A DNA stretch of 29,284 nucleotides, taken from assembly GCA_039586795.1 (NCBI GenBank), contig JBDHJS010000044.1, forward strand, positions 1 to 29,284, read 5' to 3'. The notes below the pieces were generated by a model. The model searched no databases. It saw nothing but the letters and a program-made list of their open reading frames with translations, and had not been told where the DNA came from. The position numbers and the translations under genes were made by a program. The DNA comes from Gemmatimonadota bacterium. Its GTDB lineage: Bacteria; Gemmatimonadota; Gemmatimonadetes; Palauibacterales; KS3-K002. This document shows positions 24,489-29,284 of this stretch, in pieces. Position 1 is the first letter of the stretch; the number at the start of each line of letters is the position of its first letter.

Positions 24489-27181
24489 CGGCCAGCTGAC
24501 CCTCTCGCGCTCAACTCGCTCAGCCAGTTCTGCACCAGCACGGCCGTCAGCGTCTGCGGGCCGCCGTCCCCAGCACCGACCAGCCGCTTGAACACGAAGC
24601 GGCGGTCGTCGGAGGTGATGTCGTATTCGGTGTTCGAAGCGCTGCTCATGTAGCCGCCCGCCGGGAAGAGGGCGCGCGGCTCTCCCGCTCGGAAGCCCGA
24701 GCCCGGCTGCACGGCTACGGCCATCAGGTCGCCGTTGCCGCTGCGATAGAACAACTCGTCGCCGCTGTGCGCCCAGAGGGGCTCGTTGCCACCATCGCGT
24801 GAGACCTGCCACCGTCCTGCATCGACTTCGGGAAACGGCCGCACGTACACCTCGTAGCGGCCCGACTCGTTGGACGCGTAGGCGAGCCAGCGGCCGTCGG
24901 GAGACAACGCGATCGACGTCTCCTCGTAGCCCGAGTTGGCGACCAGCGGCGTGATGGCGCTGTCCCCCTGGGTGACGCCTCGCTCGAGCAGGTAGATATC
25001 GCGGGTCGGCGGCACGCCCAGGCGCACGACCATGTGTGAGGTGTCAGGGGTCAAGCGGACTTGCCACACCGCACGGGTCGCGTCCAGTAAGGTCTCAGCG
25101 GTCGAGGTGCCGTCCGCCCGGCGGCGGCGCAAGTTGTGGCTCCCCCCCTCGGGTTGTGACAGGTAGAGGACGAAGTTCGCGTCGGCCGACCAGATCGGAC
25201 GGATGTTGATGCCCTCGAAGGTGAGCCGCGTGAGTGGCCCCCGATCGAGTTCCTTGATCCAAATGTCCTCGCCGCCGGAGGCCTGGATGCCGAGCGCCAG
25301 ACGCCGCCCGTCCGGCGAAAGGGCGATACCGCCGTTCCCCGCCGGCAAGAACGTCCAATCCGGATCCACCGGGGTCGCCTGCCCATCGCGGGTGACCCAA
25401 ACGACCTCCACCGGCGCCCCACCGCCTAACGCCTCGCCGGGTACGAACAGCAACGTCCCCTCGGCCGAGAGCTCCATATCCACCGCCCCCACGGAGGAGC
25501 GCACGCCGTCGAGCACCGGGACCGGCGCGGACTCGAACTCGAGCTTACCCAGGTCGAAGGGGACGGCGAAGATGCCGCCGTCGGAACGCCCGAAGACGAC
25601 GCGGCCATCCGAGACATACCAAGCTTTGACGACATCTTCGCTGAGCTGGTGCCAGGCACCGGTCTCCAGGTCGAGGGCCAGCAGGGCCGAGCTCGGACAG
25701 CCAAACGTGCAGGTCACCACCAGCGCACTACGGCCGTCCGGCAGGCCGGCCACCGAGACGACCCCCATGCTCAACGTGTCGATCCACGTCCAGGATCGTT
25801 GAGGACCGCCGTCCTGACTAACGACCCGCAGGCCGAAACCCGGGTCGTTGAAGGCGATCGTCCCATTCTCCAGCCAGGCGACGGTGGGGAACCCCGCGTT
25901 GGCCGTGTCGGCGATCGTGACGGCGGATCCGCCGCCGCGTGGCACCTTTCGCACCCGTCCGTCGGCGACGAAAGCGATCCACTCGCCGTCCGGCGAAAAC
26001 GCGGGCGACAGTCCATTGGCCGTACCGCTGAGCGGTTCGGCAACGTCGCGATCGGGTGTCTTGATCCAAAGTTGCCGCTGCCCGTCGGCCGTATCCGAAA
26101 ACGCGATCGTCCGGCCATCCGGCGACAGCGCCAGGTCCCGGCCGACGAGGCCCGGTGGGAGTGGACGATCGCTGAGCGCGATCCGGAAGCGAATCGCCGG
26201 CGGCGGCTCCGCCGTGCGGAACCAACCCAACGCCGCCACGGCCAACATGACGGCGGCGACGGCGGCAAAGGGTAGCGTCCATCGCCGGCGCCAGTCGCTA
26301 GCGGCCGGCTGGGCAGCCGCCATGGCCCCGGATGTGGATAGCGTGAACGAAGGCTCCACCAGCGCCGCGGCGAACTTCGCGGCGCTCTCGAACCGGTCGG
26401 CGGGCAGCTTCTGCAGCGCCTTAGTCAGCGCCGCGGCCACGTTGGGTGGCACCGACTTACGCGTCTTTGTCACCGCCGCGGCCTCCTCGGTGACGATCTT
26501 CATGATGATCTGCTGCGCCGTCGAGCCGGTGTGCGGCGGATCGCCGGCCAGCATCTCGTAGGTCACGCAGGCCAGCGAATAGATGTCGGAGCGCGCCGTA
26601 ATCTCCTTCTCCGCCGTCGCCTGCTCGGGACTCATGTAGTGCGGCGTGCCCAGACTGAGCCCCGTCTCGGTCATCCGGCCGCCCGCCGCCGCACTCACCG
26701 CCAGCGCGATCCCGAAGTCGGCCACCATCGGCCGGCCATCGTGCAGCAGGATATTCTCCGGCTTGATGTCCCGGTGGATCACCCCGTTGCGGTGCGCGTA
26801 GTCCAGCGCGTCCGCCACCTCCGTCGTGATCCGCACCGCTTCATCGATGCCGAGCTGCGTCTCGCGGTTCAGCTTGTCGCGCAGCGTTTCCCCCTCGATG
26901 TAGGGCATCACGTAGTAGAGGAAGCCGTCGGCCTGGCCCGAATCGAACAGCGGCAAGATGTGCGGATGCTGGAGGCTCGCCGTGGTTTTGATCTCCTGGA
27001 TGAAGCGATCGGCGCCCAGGACAGCGGCGAGCTCGGGCTTCAGCACTTTGAGCGCCACCTTGCGCTCGTGCTTGAGGTCTTCGGCCAGGTAGACCGTGGC
27101 CATGCCGCCGGCGCCGACTTCTTGTTCGATCATGTAGCGATCGGCCAGCGCTACCTTCAACGCTTCTGTGATGCCAGCCAT
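24485..27181 (-). CDS. K6: Ser/Thr protein kinase, single TM, TolB/PD40-like beta-propeller
   Basis: 898 aa with all Hanks motifs, in a more divergent kinase subtype (LGADRFIQEIKTTASLQ, QATAEKEITARSDIYSL). AGGAG RBS. Confidence 0.94.
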   Translation of the reverse strand: MAGITEALKVALADRYMIEQEVGAGGMATVYLAEDLKHERKVALKVLKPELAAVLGADRFIQEIKTTASLQHPHILPLFDSGQADGFLYYVMPYIEGETLRDKLNRETQLGIDEAVRITTEVADALDYAHRNGVIHRDIKPENILLHDGRPMVADFGIALAVSAAAGGRMTETGLSLGTPHYMSPEQATAEKEITARSDIYSLACVTYEMLAGDPPHTGSTAQQIIMKIVTEEAAAVTKTRKSVPPNVAAALTKALQKLPADRFESAAKFAAALVEPSFTLSTSGAMAAAQPAASDWRRRWTLPFAAVAAVMLAVAALGWFRTAEPPPAIRFRIALSDRPLPPGLVGRDLALSPDGRTIAFSDTADGQRQLWIKTPDRDVAEPLSGTANGLSPAFSPDGEWIAFVADGRVRKVPRGGGSAVTIADTANAGFPTVAWLENGTIAFNDPGFGLRVVSQDGGPQRSWTWIDTLSMGVVSVAGLPDGRSALVVTCTFGCPSSALLALDLETGAWHQLSEDVVKAWYVSDGRVVFGRSDGGIFAVPFDLGKLEFESAPVPVLDGVRSSVGAVDMELSAEGTLLFVPGEALGGGAPVEVVWVTRDGQATPVDPDWTFLPAGNGGIALSPDGRRLALGIQASGGEDIWIKELDRGPLTRLTFEGINIRPIWSADANFVLYLSQPEGGSHNLRRRRADGTSTAETLLDATRAVWQVRLTPDTSHMVVRLGVPPTRDIYLLERGVTQGDSAITPLVANSGYEETSIALSPDGRWLAYASNESGRYEVYVRPFPEVDAGRWQVSRDGGNEPLWAHSGDELFYRSGNGDLMAVAVQPGSGFRAGEPRALFPAGGYMSSASNTEYDITSDDRRFVFKRLVGAGDGGPQTLTAVLVQNWLSELSARGSAGR

Positions 27182-27222
27182 CTATTCTCCTGCCGTTGTT
27201 TTGCGTACAACTGATCCGACTC

Positions 27223-29284
27223 TCACCGACTCATTCGCTCCTTCAATTCCTCGAACCAGTTCTCCACCAATACCAGCTTCGCGCCGCTCGCTCCCAAGGC
27301 TGTTTGCCTGATCATTACGAACCGCTGGTCGTCCGCACTGACGTCGTACGCCCGATGATTGGCGTCGCGCTCATACGGTCGTGAGGAGAAAAGGACTCGC
27401 TGCTCTCCGATGCTGAACATCGGCTCGGTGATGATCTCGGCCACCACAAACTCACGGGATTCGCTCCGGTAGAAGAGCTCCCGACCGTTGTGCGCCCAGA
27501 GGGGCTCCCGGCCGCCGGCGGTGGAGACCTGCCATTTCGCGTCTCCCGTGTTTGGGAACGGTCGAACATAGACTTCGTTCTGGCCTGATTCGTCGGAGAT
27601 GTAGGCGAGCCAGCGACCATCGGGTGAGAGAGCAGGTTCGCGATCGTCGAACTCGGAAACGACGAGTGGGACGCGAACGGTGTCGACCCCAGGCCGCAAG
27701 CCGTAGATCTCGCCGTCGCCGTCGATGTCGATCCGATAGACGAGCCAGCGACCGTCGGGCGACCAGATCACCTCCCACACGTCTTCATCGCTGTCCACCA
27801 GAAGCTCGGCCGCCGCGCTGCCATCGGAGCGCTTGATCCAGATGTCGTTCTGGCCCGCACGGTCCGATACGAAGGCGATCGAACCTCCGTCCGGGTTCCA
27901 ATCGCCCCGGATGTTGACGGATCCTTGGAAGGTCAGCTTGGGGAGCGGACCACGATCCAGCTCCTTCACCCAGAGCTGCTGTTGTCCGTCGCCCTCGATG
28001 GTCGCCACCAGACGCTTGCCATCCGGTGACAGCTCGACGTACTCGAAGTCCGCAAGCCAACCGGGATCTATGGCCTCCGCCGTCCCGCTTCGGTCCACCC
28101 ACACCAGTTGGTCCGTGCCCAGCGTCGCCGTGGAACCAACGGCATAGACCAGAGTTCCCTTGGAGGAGAACGCCAGATTCGGAGCGTTCACGCCTTCCAA
28201 GACCGGGATCGCTGCCCCACTCACCTCCAGCGCGTCGAGGTCGAAGGGGGCTGCGTAGGCTCCTCCATCTCTCAAGGTGTAGATTACATGCCCGGTCGGC
28301 GCGTACCACACGCCCCAGGCCTCCTCGAAGAGCATCCGAGCAGTGTCCGCTCGAGCGTCGAAGACATATATCTCGGAACTCGCGCAGCCTGAACTACACC
28401 CAGTGAGCAAAGCGCCCTTTCCGCCAGGCAATGGTGAGACGTCGACGGCGCCGCGCTGTATGCTCGCGACGCTCACGACCACCTCTGCGCTCCCACCTGC
28501 CTCGCTGACCCGTCGGAGAGCGAAATCGTCGTCCACGTAGAGGATCGTCCCGTCGTCTAACCAGGCCCCGCCTGGCGTCAACGTGTTCGCTTCGTCCGCC
28601 AACGTCACCGATCCCCCTCCACTGCGCGGCACTTTGCGGATCTTTCCATCCGCCACGAAGCCAATCCACGCGCCATCCGGTGAGATGAACGGTGCCCTCC
28701 CGCCCTCAGTACCAGTGAGCGGTGTGGGTTCGAGAACGTGCCGCTCCTTGAGCACCAGTTGCCTGCCGCCGGCAACGGAGTCCTCGAAGACGATCGCGCC
28801 GTCTGGGGCTACCGCAACGGAATAGCGAACCCAGCTCCGCGTCATTTCGGAATCCGTCAACACCACTTGCTGGCGGATGACCGGTTTCGGGCTCTGGCGC
28901 AGCCAGCCCCCGGTAGCGCTGAAGAGGAGCAGGACGGTAAGCGCTGCGAGCCCGATGCTCACGCCTTTCCAGCGTGGCGAAGCGGATTCGGTCGGCACGA
29001 CCGCCGTCGCCGCTGTTTGCGGCAGCGTGAACGATGGATCACCGAGGGCCGCCGCGTAGTCCGCCGCGCTCTTGAAGCGGTCCGCTGGACTCTTCGCCAG
29101 CGCCCGCTGCACCGCCGCCTCCACGTTGGGTGGCACCAGTTGACGGGTGCGGGATATCGGCGACGGCTCCTCGGTCAGCACCTTGGCGACGATCGCCTGC
29201 ATCGTGTTTCCGGTGTGCGGCGGATCGCCGGTCAGCATCTCGTAGGTCACGGCGCCCAGCGAGTAGATGTCGGTCCGCGCGTCC
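27223..29284 (-). CDS. K7: 5'-truncated Ser/Thr protein kinase, single TM, TolB/PD40-like beta-propeller
   Basis: The frame is open to the window edge (DARTDIYSLGAVTYEMLTGDPP), so the N-terminal part of the kinase lies outside the window; ends VENWFEELKERMSR. Confidence 0.92.
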   Translation of the reverse strand, partial: DARTDIYSLGAVTYEMLTGDPPHTGNTMQAIVAKVLTEEPSPISRTRQLVPPNVEAAVQRALAKSPADRFKSAADYAAALGDPSFTLPQTAATAVVPTESASPRWKGVSIGLAALTVLLLFSATGGWLRQSPKPVIRQQVVLTDSEMTRSWVRYSVAVAPDGAIVFEDSVAGGRQLVLKERHVLEPTPLTGTEGGRAPFISPDGAWIGFVADGKIRKVPRSGGGSVTLADEANTLTPGGAWLDDGTILYVDDDFALRRVSEAGGSAEVVVSVASIQRGAVDVSPLPGGKGALLTGCSSGCASSEIYVFDARADTARMLFEEAWGVWYAPTGHVIYTLRDGGAYAAPFDLDALEVSGAAIPVLEGVNAPNLAFSSKGTLVYAVGSTATLGTDQLVWVDRSGTAEAIDPGWLADFEYVELSPDGKRLVATIEGDGQQQLWVKELDRGPLPKLTFQGSVNIRGDWNPDGGSIAFVSDRAGQNDIWIKRSDGSAAAELLVDSDEDVWEVIWSPDGRWLVYRIDIDGDGEIYGLRPGVDTVRVPLVVSEFDDREPALSPDGRWLAYISDESGQNEVYVRPFPNTGDAKWQVSTAGGREPLWAHNGRELFYRSESREFVVAEIITEPMFSIGEQRVLFSSRPYERDANHRAYDVSADDQRFVMIRQTALGASGAKLVLVENWFEELKERMSR

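Noticed and set aside
10282..29284. Diversity-generating retroelement or shufflon explanation for the variable C-termini
   Set aside because: No reverse transcriptase or recombinase in the window, no near-identical template/variable repeat pair with adenine-specific differences, and no inverted cassettes. The relic C-termini match no full gene closely.
1..29284. CRISPR array, tRNA/rRNA, IS or integrase genes
   Set aside because: No regularly spaced short repeats with spacers, no RNA gene signatures and no transposase or integrase motifs were seen by eye.

Overview
High-GC bacterial DNA, probably Gemmatimonadota or a similar Acidobacteria-like lineage (inferred from the kinase N-terminal signature and the PadR/ADOP pair, not verified). 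The left third holds the 3' end of a repeat-containing surface protein, a small orphan ORF behind four helically phased direct repeats, a PadR + duplicated orphan ABC permease (ADOP-type) operon with a tandem palindromic operator, the glyoxylate shunt genes aceB-aceA, and a large putative lipoprotein. The right two-thirds (10282-29284) is a minus-strand tandem array of at least seven receptor-like Ser/Thr kinases (K1-K7, numbered left to right). Each has a Hanks kinase, one TM helix and TolB/PD40-like beta-propellers. The kinase domains are near-identical or mosaic while the propellers are highly divergent. Several inter-gene junctions contain collapsed 'ghost' paralogs (start and end of a gene with the middle deleted), and all six junctions carry short ORFs running from near one stop codon to near the next start codon. 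No RNA genes, CRISPR arrays or mobile-element genes were recognised.
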